Assembly (NCBI GenBank): GCA_051439505.1
Contig: JBFRWI010000154.1
Location: forward strand, 1-26,897
Source of the DNA: Hormoscilla sp.
GTDB lineage: Bacteria > Cyanobacteriota > Cyanobacteriia > Cyanobacteriales > Desertifilaceae
DNA length: 26,897 bases
Reading direction: 5' to 3'
The position numbers and the translations under genes were made by a program. The notes under the pieces were generated by a model, which saw only the letters and a program-made list of their open reading frames with translations, was not told the DNA's origin and did no database searches. This document shows, one piece after another, positions 1-8,352 of the stretch. The stretch's first letter is position 1; each line of letters starts with the position of its first letter.

Positions 1-32
1 AATTCCGGTACTACGGGTGCGATCGGGTGCGG

Positions 33-229
33 GTGCGATCGCCTGCCAGTTGCGAGAAACCGGGTTGCTAGGAGACCGAACCCTAAAGGGCCCGGCTACA
101 GGTACAAAGCCCGCCTGCGCGGGCTATATGACCACACCCTTGTGCGATCGCCCGCCAGTTGCGAGAAACCGGGTTTCTGAGATATCCTCTAATCAAAGCG
201 CCAAAGTTGAAAAAATATTCCCGGTTTCT
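33..229. repeat. Repeat mosaic downstream of the kinase: 34-bp direct repeat (33-66, 142-175) starting at HIP1, a two-hairpin element, and an AGAAACCGGGTTTCT...CCCGGTTTCT palindromic unit
   Basis: GTGCGATCGCC(T/C)GCCAGTTGCGAGAAACCGGGTT occurs twice with one mismatch; AGAAACCGGGTTTCT at 163-178 and a degenerate partner near 220-229. Confidence 0.85.
76..125 (-). repeat. Two-hairpin GTAG-type REP-like element, copy 1
   Basis: Minus strand reads AGCCCGC-GCAG-GCGGGCT-N8-GTAG-CCGGGCCCT-TT-AGGGTTCGG; related copies at 7654, 16418 and 18628. Confidence 0.85.
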
Positions 230-247
230 GCTGCTGGGGGGTTGCAG

Positions 248-3200
248 TTAGGTTAAAGGAAGGGCGATCGCAAATTCCGCACCTTTTCCTGGCTCGGAGG
301 TCAAAGTCATTTTACCTCCATGTTTTTCTTCGGCAATTTGCCGGGAAATCGACAATCCCAATCCCGTGCCTTTACCTACCCCTTTGGTAGTAAATAAATG
401 CTGGAAAACTTTGGCTTTTACTTCCTCGTTCATGCCCATGCCATTATCTTTTATTCTGACGATAACTAATTCTTTTGCCTCATGGAATTCGGTAGTAATA
501 GCAATCCGATTCGGATCCGCTTTAATCTCATCAAAACTGCGCCCGATATTACCCTCCTCAAAAGCATCGATCGCATTAGCAATCAGATTCATAAACACCT
601 GATTTAACTGCCCAGGATAGCAATTTACTTCCGGCAAATTGCCATAATTTTTGATAATTTCTATTTCCGGTCGATTTTTGTTAGCTTTGAGTCGATGCTT
701 GAGAATCAATAAGGTGCTGTCGATGCCATCATGGATGTTAAAAGCTACCTTGGCGGCAGTATCGGCACGGGAAAAAGTGCGCATTGACTTGCTAATTTCG
801 GTAATGCGATTGGTTCCTGATTTCATCGAACCGAGCAGTTCGCGGAAATCAGTGAGCAAGTCATCCAATTCGATCTCCTCAATTTTCTCTTGAATGGTTT
901 CGCTATCATAAGCAAAGCCTTGTTGATAAAGCTGCAAAAGTTCGGCTAAATGTTCTATGTATTCGCTGGCGTAGTCTAAGTTGCCAGAAATAAAGCCCAC
1001 GGGATTGTTGATTTCGTGGGCGACACCGGCAGCTAGTTCGCCGATGGATGCCATTTTTTCGCTCTGTACCAGTTGCAGTTGGGTTTGTTCTAATTGTTGG
1101 GAGTAATTGCGAGATTCCCGATAGAGTCGAGCGTTTTCTAGGGAGATAGCAGCTTGAGAGCAAAGTAAAGTCAGCACTTCCACGCGATCGCCGGTAAATG
1201 CTCCGGCAACTCGATTGTTTTCCAGGTAGAGGATGCCGATGAGTTGGCGGCGATCCACCAGGGGCAGGCATAAAATTGACTTGGGTTGGTACTGTTGAAT
1301 GTAAGCATCTCCTGCATAAGCGGTTTCATTGCTGGCATTGTCGAGGGCGATGGGCCCTCCGGTGCGCTTGACTTTATTGACAATGCTCAAAGGCACTGCA
1401 TTGCTATTTTCGACCGGAATGGGGTCGATTTGAGGAGCCTCCTCGCCACAGACAAGGGCACTTAGCATTAAGACTTCCTCTTCAAACAGCATCAAAGCAG
1501 CGGTTTCGGCACCGGCATTTTCCATCGCTACTTGCATTAAATTGGCGATCGCTCTTTCTAATTCGATGTTCTCACTCAGGGTGCGCGAGGCTTTCATTAA
1601 TGTGTCTAAATCCAGTAATTCTCCCGTCCCCGTCGTCGTTTTCGACAAAGTTCCCTGAGTCATCGTTGCGAGAGTGGCAGTGGCAATCAAGCCTTCTTGT
1701 TGCCGTTGGAGAATAGGAGAGAGGAGGTGGGGATAGCGAGTTTCTAAGTCTTCAATTTTAGCTTTGGCACCCCAACGAGCGTAGCAGTAATAGGCTTCCT
1801 GCATATAAACTGCCGCCTCTTTTTCTCGCCCCCAATCAAGGTAGAATTTAGCAAACAGTTCGTTGGCGAGGGCTTCTTCTTGGATGTATTCGTTGGCTTT
1901 CGCTCCGGCTAGAGCGCGATCGTACAATTCAATGGCTTCTAAGTTTTGTCCCAATACCCGACATCTCTCCCCTGCGACTAAATCGACCTTATGCTGGTAA
2001 TTCATTGGTGCATAACTTGCCCATTGTTCTTGTAGTTGACTTTGATTTTGTGCGACGCGCTCGAATGCTTCAGTAATTTCCTCTGAGTGAGAATTTAACG
2101 ATGCTAAGACGATCAAAGAATCATAAAAGTAAAATGCCGGTTCGCCAACCAGTCCTGCCCCTCCCGCGAAATAACGCTTGATTTCGGCAGCATCATGCCG
2201 AGCCGATTCTATGTCCTCAAATAAATAAGCAAGTACGAGCTTATAGAGATAAAAGAAAAACAACCCAAAAAAGTCGTTTGCTTCTATCAAGTGGGGTAAA
2301 AGTTTTGTTTCTTGCAACGCCTCTCCCGACAAGATATTGGGGCGCTCGACGGGTTCTAGTAAATTTAAAATTGCTTGCCAGCAGATTCGACAGTAATTAG
2401 CGGTTGCCAATTGCTTCAATTGCACTAACCCGTTGCAATAAGCACGGGTCTCTTTTTCCAATTCTACTAAAGCTTGACCGCACCAAAAAGCATTAATACA
2501 AAAAATAGAAGCATTGCGTCCGGCGAAATCTAAATTTCCCACCTCTAAGCTAGTTGTATAGCCTTCTCGCGGTAACTGTAGCGTTTCTTTAGCATGATAT
2601 CGACGGTGAATCGCGAACAGCGCTGCTGTGGCAAAAACTTCGCTTTTGATCGCCTTGGCATCCAAGGCATTGAGTTGGTCGGCAAGTTGGAGTGCCAACT
2701 CGGCAAAATCTACCCCCGTGTTGACATCTCGAAGGAGATTGCAAGCCAGAATGCTATAGCTAGAGTAAGCAAAACCAGAAGCTGGGGTATTGCCATATTG
2801 AATCGATAGCTTAACTGGCAAGCAAATTAGGAAAGGAAACAAGGAAGCCCCCGTAATGTAAGCGGCAGGGGCGATGCTGTTAGAAATCTGGACGATGGCA
2901 ATTTTTTCCTCATCCGTCATTCGAGGCAGGCGAATCAAGTCTTTAATGGGGCGATCGCCTATGAGTTGCTGGATTTCTGCGATCGCCTGTCCAACATCTT
3001 TTTCCGTGGGGGAATCGGGAAAGGTGACTCCCAACTGTTGCAGGAGTCCGAGAGCGATTTCAAGGGCTTCAGTTTGCTGATTTTGAGAGAGCTTTGAGAA
3101 AATTCGGGTGCGGCAAACATGCACCCGTTCGAGTACGGTGCGCGAGCGGGCGATCGCGGTGTCTGCGAACTCTTCCATCGCCTCAAAGTCGCCGCATAAC

Positions 3201-5647
3201 ATTGCCAATTCTGCCGCTAAGTTATGGAAAGCGAGGGTCGCGTTATACTGCCCTGACCACCCCTGTTCTCCTAACAAAGACAAGCCAATGCTGGCATATT
3301 CGCGTCCGCCTTGATAAGCTGTCGCCGCCCTGGCTTTGCGACAGGCAATTAAATTCAGTTCTGCCAGAAAGTCCCGTTTGCTTTGCTCGGTAATTAAAGC
3401 CGTTCCATAATTTAATTGACTGACTAGCCCAAAAATTCGTTCTTCTCGCAGATCTGGGGGAATATTTTGCAGGAGCAGTTGTCCGATTTGGTAGTGAGTG
3501 GCCTGTTTTTGTTCGTCGGGAATCAAAGTATATGCTGCCTGTTGGACGCGATCGTGCAAAAAATTATAGCCCACCGAGAGACCTTCAGCCAAAGCATTTT
3601 CCTCTGGGTTGGCTTCAGAGAAAAGCTTGTAAATCTGGCTCTGGGGCAAAACTAATCCCTCTTGCAGCGCTACCCACAAATTTTCTGCCACTTCTAGTTG
3701 AGACTCTCCGCTGACGATCGCCATTGTCTCCAAATCGAACTGGTTGCCGATACAAGCTGCCAGTTTCAAAATCTCCTGAGTTGCTTCTGGTAGCTTGTGC
3801 AACCGAGTAGCCATAAACTCCACCACATCATCGGTCAGTGCCAACTGTCGTATCTGCGTCATGTTGCACTGCCAGTGACCGAGAGCGAAATTAAACTCTA
3901 TCCATCCATCTTCGTGCAAGGACTTGAGAAACTGGGTGGCAAAAAAGGGATTTCCCTTGGTCTTTTGATAAACCAATTTAGTTAAAGGCAATCCTAACTC
4001 TAAGGAGCAACAGAGAGTATCTGCTACTAAGGGATTGAGAGCTGCTTGATTCAAAGGAGCCAGAGTTATGGTATTAACAGTAGCTCCCAACTTCGCAATT
4101 TCATCCAAACTCAGCATCAAGGGATGAGCCGGAAACATTTCGTTATCCCGATAAGCACCCAACAACAACAGATAACCAGTTTCCGAATCCTCCATCAGCA
4201 GTTGCATCAATTTCAGCGAAGCCGAATCCGCCCATTGAAGGTCGTCAAGGAAGATAACTAAGGGGTGGTCAGGAGTGGTAAAAACTCGAATAAATTTGCC
4301 AAACAGCAGGTTAAAGCGATTAGTCGCCGCACTGCCGGAAAGTTCGATCGCCGGTGGCTGTTTGCCAATAATGCGCTCTAATTCTGGGATGACTTCAATA
4401 ATAACTTGGGAGTTTTCCCCCAAGGCATTGAGTATAGTCATTTTCCACATTTCCAGTCGAGGGTCGCTTTCGCCCTGGAGTTGCTCCATTAAATCGCGGA
4501 ACGCTTGCACTAGGGCGCTAAAAGGAATGTTGCGCTGGAATTGGTCGAATTTACCTTTGATGAAATAGCCTCGTTGACGGACGATGGGTTTGTGTACTTC
4601 GTTAACGACTACAGTTTTGCCGATACCGGAGAAACCTGCTACTAGCATCATTTCCGTGGTGCCTGCCCCTACTCTGTCAAAAGCATCCAGTAAGGTTTGT
4701 ACTTCTGCTTCCCTTCCGTAGAGTTTTTCGGGGATACAGAAGCGGTCTGAGATATCCCGCTCTCCCAACTCGAACTCAGCAATACTACCAGTTTCTTGCC
4801 ACTGCTGCCAGCACTTTTCTAAATCCTGTTTGATTCCTCGGGCGCTCTGATAGCGTTCTTCAGCAGTTTTCGCCATCAGTTTCATCACCAGAGCCGAAAG
4901 CGCCTGGGGAATTTCTGGTTTGACTGCATGGGGTGGAATGGGAGTTTTGGCAATGTGACAGTGGACTAATTCCATCGGGTCATCCGATTTGAACGGAAGT
5001 TCTCCCGTTAACAGTTGATAAAAGGTGACACCGAGGGAATAAAAATCGCTGCGATAGTCGATGCCTCGATTCATTCGCCCAGTTTGTTCTGGAGAAATAT
5101 AAGCGAGAGTCCCTTCGAGAATGTTGGGATTCTGTATTTCTTGAGTTTCCCTCGGTAACAGGGAGGAGATGCTGAAGTCGATGAGGAATATCTCTTTGGT
5201 TTCCGGGTTAATTAAGATGTTAGCCGGTTTGATGTCTTTATGGATGACTCGATTTCGATATAGGTCTTCGAGGATTTGAGAAAGTGCGAGCGCCACCTGC
5301 AAAAACTCTTCTCTGCCCAGGGGGCGATCGCCAACGTATTCCGACAGGGACACCCCACCCACATCTTCCATCACCAACACATAACCGTTACCGTCTTTTT
5401 CCAAGGCGATGGCTTTGATAATTCCGGGTAAGTCTAGGTTTTTACTGAGGATGTATTGATGGCGAAACTGCACCAGTTCTTTAAAGCTGGGATATTCTTG
5501 ACGCAGCTTTTTGAGAACCACCGGTTTTTCCTCGTCATTTTTGAACCCTCGATAAACCTGGGTGCGAGTGCCCTCGTAAATTAGGTCGGTGATTTGGTAT
5601 CCTGCTAAAGTCATCTTTTTCATTAAGTTTTGCTGAAGTTCTTCCAT
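248..5647 (-). CDS. Multidomain Ser/Thr protein kinase / AAA ATPase / GAF / sensor histidine kinase (HstK-like)
   Basis: 1799-aa ORF. Kinase motifs VVLKK, HKDIKPAN, DFS, GTLAYISPEQ; Walker A GFSGIGKT and Walker B LVIFLDD; GAF-like SILCLPL...GILYLEN; H-box AHEINNP; HATPase QVFMNLIANAIDA and GKGTGLGLS. The true start may be a later Met (MKKM or MTLAGY). Confidence 0.95.
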   Translation of the reverse strand: MEELQQNLMKKMTLAGYQITDLIYEGTRTQVYRGFKNDEEKPVVLKKLRQEYPSFKELVQFRHQYILSKNLDLPGIIKAIALEKDGNGYVLVMEDVGGVSLSEYVGDRPLGREEFLQVALALSQILEDLYRNRVIHKDIKPANILINPETKEIFLIDFSISSLLPRETQEIQNPNILEGTLAYISPEQTGRMNRGIDYRSDFYSLGVTFYQLLTGELPFKSDDPMELVHCHIAKTPIPPHAVKPEIPQALSALVMKLMAKTAEERYQSARGIKQDLEKCWQQWQETGSIAEFELGERDISDRFCIPEKLYGREAEVQTLLDAFDRVGAGTTEMMLVAGFSGIGKTVVVNEVHKPIVRQRGYFIKGKFDQFQRNIPFSALVQAFRDLMEQLQGESDPRLEMWKMTILNALGENSQVIIEVIPELERIIGKQPPAIELSGSAATNRFNLLFGKFIRVFTTPDHPLVIFLDDLQWADSASLKLMQLLMEDSETGYLLLLGAYRDNEMFPAHPLMLSLDEIAKLGATVNTITLAPLNQAALNPLVADTLCCSLELGLPLTKLVYQKTKGNPFFATQFLKSLHEDGWIEFNFALGHWQCNMTQIRQLALTDDVVEFMATRLHKLPEATQEILKLAACIGNQFDLETMAIVSGESQLEVAENLWVALQEGLVLPQSQIYKLFSEANPEENALAEGLSVGYNFLHDRVQQAAYTLIPDEQKQATHYQIGQLLLQNIPPDLREERIFGLVSQLNYGTALITEQSKRDFLAELNLIACRKARAATAYQGGREYASIGLSLLGEQGWSGQYNATLAFHNLAAELAMLCGDFEAMEEFADTAIARSRTVLERVHVCRTRIFSKLSQNQQTEALEIALGLLQQLGVTFPDSPTEKDVGQAIAEIQQLIGDRPIKDLIRLPRMTDEEKIAIVQISNSIAPAAYITGASLFPFLICLPVKLSIQYGNTPASGFAYSSYSILACNLLRDVNTGVDFAELALQLADQLNALDAKAIKSEVFATAALFAIHRRYHAKETLQLPREGYTTSLEVGNLDFAGRNASIFCINAFWCGQALVELEKETRAYCNGLVQLKQLATANYCRICWQAILNLLEPVERPNILSGEALQETKLLPHLIEANDFFGLFFFYLYKLVLAYLFEDIESARHDAAEIKRYFAGGAGLVGEPAFYFYDSLIVLASLNSHSEEITEAFERVAQNQSQLQEQWASYAPMNYQHKVDLVAGERCRVLGQNLEAIELYDRALAGAKANEYIQEEALANELFAKFYLDWGREKEAAVYMQEAYYCYARWGAKAKIEDLETRYPHLLSPILQRQQEGLIATATLATMTQGTLSKTTTGTGELLDLDTLMKASRTLSENIELERAIANLMQVAMENAGAETAALMLFEEEVLMLSALVCGEEAPQIDPIPVENSNAVPLSIVNKVKRTGGPIALDNASNETAYAGDAYIQQYQPKSILCLPLVDRRQLIGILYLENNRVAGAFTGDRVEVLTLLCSQAAISLENARLYRESRNYSQQLEQTQLQLVQSEKMASIGELAAGVAHEINNPVGFISGNLDYASEYIEHLAELLQLYQQGFAYDSETIQEKIEEIELDDLLTDFRELLGSMKSGTNRITEISKSMRTFSRADTAAKVAFNIHDGIDSTLLILKHRLKANKNRPEIEIIKNYGNLPEVNCYPGQLNQVFMNLIANAIDAFEEGNIGRSFDEIKADPNRIAITTEFHEAKELVIVRIKDNGMGMNEEVKAKVFQHLFTTKGVGKGTGLGLSISRQIAEEKHGGKMTLTSEPGKGAEFAIALPLT

Positions 5648-5739
5648 CTTAAACCAGATTTTTGGTTTTTGTCACCTCTTTATTTTTTCTTAACTTCAAG
5701 GAATCGCGATCTCCAACGCAAGTCCCTTTCCCCTCTGCT

Positions 5740-5831
5740 GACCGGTTTATCATCCCGCCCGTACTGCGATCTACTTCGGTGCGCGTTCCTTTGTAGAGGT
5801 TTTCACTGAATTTGTCCCCCTCAATAGTCAT
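5740..5831 (-). pseudogene. Relic N-terminus of a paralogous Ser/Thr kinase
   Basis: MTIEGDKFSENLYKGTRTEVDR aligns ungapped to the kinase start MTLAGYQITDLIYEGTRTQVYR (10/22 identical). After a frameshift, GAT GAT AAA CCG GTC (DDKPV) matches kinase EEKPV. Confidence 0.6.
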
Positions 5832-6214
5832 CACGGTCCTACTGTTATCTACTGTGTTCTTAAACGATCGCGGTTTTATCCCTCGTCTACATCCCTCTTT
5901 TTGCATATTTTTGCTGCCCGTCGCCAATTATTTTGTCCCTCACCAGAGTTGAAAAGCTATATTGCGATTTTTCGCCCAGCGTGGGGCGATCGGGGGTGCA
6001 GCAGCAAACCTCGTTATCTGAGCAAATTGCCATCACAGTGGTATGCTTATTTGCAGAGTAGAGCAGGAGCGATCGCCCGATGAAGTATTGGGCACCGCCC
6101 ACCTTCATATCTGGGGAATTTCCTCGTTTCCAGTCTCATACCTCTCAGACTGGGAACGAAATAATAGGCGATTAGTTGTTATCATAGAAGAATCAGCGCG
6201 AAAGGGCAATACTT

Positions 6215-6733
6215 ATGACGCAGGAACTCATGGACTTAAGAAATAGCATCCTGGAGGAACGCTATGAGGACGCTTTGGCGATCGTAGATGAGCTAGAGGG
6301 AATGGGTAAACAAGCAATTTTGCGAAATATCGAATCATTTCTGGTCAGGATGTTGATTCATTTAATCAAAAACCAAGTTGAGTCCCGTTTAACCAACTCG
6401 TGGGTAGCTTCAATTTCCGATTCTCTACTACAAATTAAAAGGCTAAATCTCAAGGACAATAAAACCTCTTACTATATCAAGTCAGATGAATGGCAGCCTT
6501 ATCTAGAAGATGCCTTAGCGGCAGCAATTCGTCCAGCGACGGCAGAAGTGCGGGGCGGTAAATTAAGGCCAGGGCAAATCTCAGAGATGATGGATGAAAC
6601 CCAGCTAATGCAGACGGCTGAAGAATTGTTGGCTCTGACTTATGTCCATAAAGTCAAGGATTTGCCGGATATCATCGACGAACATTTAGCGCAATTACCG
6701 GGTGGAAAAGATTGGCTTGAAGGTCGAACGTGA
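6215..6733 (+). CDS. DUF29 family protein
   Basis: 172 aa with the DUF29-like pattern DELEGMGK...ESFLVRMLIHLIK...SWVASI; collinear paralog at 11873-12394. Confidence 0.8.
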   Translation: MTQELMDLRNSILEERYEDALAIVDELEGMGKQAILRNIESFLVRMLIHLIKNQVESRLTNSWVASISDSLLQIKRLNLKDNKTSYYIKSDEWQPYLEDALAAAIRPATAEVRGGKLRPGQISEMMDETQLMQTAEELLALTYVHKVKDLPDIIDEHLAQLPGGKDWLEGRT

Positions 6734-6751
6734 TTGCACCATATCGCTAAT

Positions 6752-6979
6752 TTACCTGTTGAGAATTATTTGTTCGATCGCATCGATTTCTTCCTCAGAT
6801 AGACCTTGATAAACCCGAGCCGCTAATTCCAGCAAATCTGTAGATGCGATCGGGCAGCTTTGTGGCTCATCCATGCTGGTTTCCACCGTCAGTCGCACTT
6901 GCGTTCCCTCGGATATTGCTAAATTTTCCAGGGGACGGAAAACTCCCTTTTCATAGAGGGCGTTAATGGTCTGTTTCAT
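6752..6979 (-). CDS. Antitoxin-like protein, AF2212/DUF104 family
   Basis: N-terminus MKQTINALYEKGVFRPLENLAISEGTQVRLTVE matches the AxYExGVFxPL...EGxxVxxxV signature. Confidence 0.8.
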   Translation of the reverse strand: MKQTINALYEKGVFRPLENLAISEGTQVRLTVETSMDEPQSCPIASTDLLELAARVYQGLSEEEIDAIEQIILNR

Positions 6980-7039
6980 CTCATTTACTATCTACAAAAA
7001 ATATGGCGATCGGCAATTTTACTATTTTCTTATTTTGCA

Positions 7040-7174
7040 GATCCTCAAGTACGAGTTTTGATTGTTCCCCAAAAAGGTGGTAAAACAGTCAATAGAGTTG
7101 ACATCAAGAGAGTGGTTGAGTTGTTAAAATTAGAGACCTGGCAAGAGGAGATTGAAAGTGATGATGAAGGATAA
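7040..7174 (+). pseudogene. hicA: 5'-truncated hicA toxin remnant
   Basis: Frame 7040-7174 reads DPQVRVLIVPQKGGKTVNRVDIKRVVELLKLETWQEEIESDDEG*, resembling a HicA C-terminal half. Its stop overlaps the hicB start; no in-frame ATG or GSH motif is seen immediately upstream. Confidence 0.65.
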
Positions 7175-7562
7175 AGTTAATTTGGAACGGAAACCATTGG
7201 ATTATTACCTAAAATTAAACTATCCCATTACCGTTTATCCAGATATGGAAGAGGGTGGGTATGTTGCGGAGATTAAAGACTTGCCAGGATGTTTGACGCA
7301 AGGGGATACTTTAGAAGAGACAGTGAATAACATTGCGGAAGCACGCCAACTGTGGATTGAGACTGTTTATGATAGTGGTAGAGATATCCCTCTACCTAGC
7401 ACAGAGACTGATTATAGCGGTAAGTTGCTATTGCAGATGCCTAAATCTCTACACCGTCGTTTGGCAGAAACATCCTCTAGGGAAGGAGTTAGTCTTAACC
7501 AATATATTTTGTTTCTCTTGAGCAATGGGAATGACAACAATTTAGCTCCTGAAAAAAATTAG
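7161..7562 (+). CDS. hicB: HicB family antitoxin with C-terminal RHH domain
   Basis: YPITVYPDMEEGGYVAEIKDLPGCLTQGDTLEE...AEARQLWIE, then YSGKLLLQMPKSLHRRLAETSSREGVSLNQY. Start is ATG 7161 or 7164. Confidence 0.9.
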   Translation: MMKDKVNLERKPLDYYLKLNYPITVYPDMEEGGYVAEIKDLPGCLTQGDTLEETVNNIAEARQLWIETVYDSGRDIPLPSTETDYSGKLLLQMPKSLHRRLAETSSREGVSLNQYILFLLSNGNDNNLAPEKN

Positions 7563-7565
7563 TAC

Positions 7566-7718
7566 CACCGGGTTTCTTAATTCAAGAAGGGCGTGACCAG
7601 GGAGACCCTGGTCACGAGGGGTAGAGGGCGAAATCGCGATCGCCCGCCCTCTTAGCCCGCGCAGGCGGGCTTCGTTCATGTAGCCACACCCTTTAGGGTG
7701 TGGGTGTGGGTGTGGGTG
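7566..7718. repeat. Mosaic of palindromic units between convergent hicB and tenA
   Basis: CCGGGTTTCT fragment; CGTGACCAGGG-AGA-CCCTGGTCACG (7592-7616); GTAGAGGGCG...CGCCCTCT enclosing HIP1 (7621-7652); two-hairpin element copy 2 (7654-7703); about four GGGTGT units up to the tenA stop. Confidence 0.85.
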
Positions 7719-8339
7719 TTAGGGTGCAGCATTAAAGGCCATCTGCCAAAAATCCCGCTCCAGTTTAGCAACTTGCAGCCAGACATCTTCTGCTTGCTGC
7801 CGAACGGTTTCCGGAGCAGTCTGCAATGCCTCTTCAGCTTGAGATTGCAACAATTTTACATAGGCAGTAAAATCGAAATTTCCCCATCTGTCGGCAAACT
7901 CAGCATAGGGTTCTGGCATTTTACCGGGCAACTGCCAACCTTGATTATAAGCTAGCTCGATCGCCCAAAAAGCGGTAGCTTGGACAGCATAGGGCATGAG
8001 TCCGAGACCGGACATAAAATCGGAGTATGCTTGACAAGTAGCTTGTTTTTTGCTATCCAGGTTCAGGTGGCGTTCGGCAGCTTTTGCTTGAAACCAATTC
8101 AGTTCATCTTTCAGCGAGATCAGTCCCGCCAGGATAACATCAAAATGAGCGGTTGGTGCGGAGGCCAAGAGTCGCGCCACCATGCGGGTGAACTCCTGGG
8201 CAAACAGATAATCTTGCACTAACCAGGTATTAAATTGCTCTGGTTTAATCGTACCTAGTTGACATTGTTCTAGGAAGGGATGCACCGTGGCGGACTGCCA
8301 GGCGCGATCGTGTCTTTGCATCAAATGATTTAAATCCAT
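7719..8339 (-). CDS. tenA: TenA family thiamine-salvage protein, Cys-less TenA_E type
   Basis: AWQSATVHPFL...WLVQDYLF, TAFWAIELAY in place of the TenA_C catalytic Cys motif, RWGN and LERDFWQMA. Alternative starts at 8348/8351. Confidence 0.88.
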   Translation of the reverse strand: MDLNHLMQRHDRAWQSATVHPFLEQCQLGTIKPEQFNTWLVQDYLFAQEFTRMVARLLASAPTAHFDVILAGLISLKDELNWFQAKAAERHLNLDSKKQATCQAYSDFMSGLGLMPYAVQATAFWAIELAYNQGWQLPGKMPEPYAEFADRWGNFDFTAYVKLLQSQAEEALQTAPETVRQQAEDVWLQVAKLERDFWQMAFNAAP

Positions 8340-8352
8340 GTTATTCACCAAT

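Noticed and set aside
17..256. 79-aa ORF sharing RTLKGPATG..KPACAG with the exoprotein
   Set aside because: Built almost entirely from repeats; the shared peptide reflects the DNA element, not protein homology.
366..4568. Many short ORFs overlapping the kinase (and similar ones within ABC-F, permease, hemL, exoprotein, CHAT and CHASE2 genes)
   Set aside because: Antisense or off-frame shadows of long, motif-bearing genes.
5887..6246. Short ORFs between the kinase and DUF29
   Set aside because: Mutually overlapping, with no recognisable motifs; more likely a divergent promoter region.
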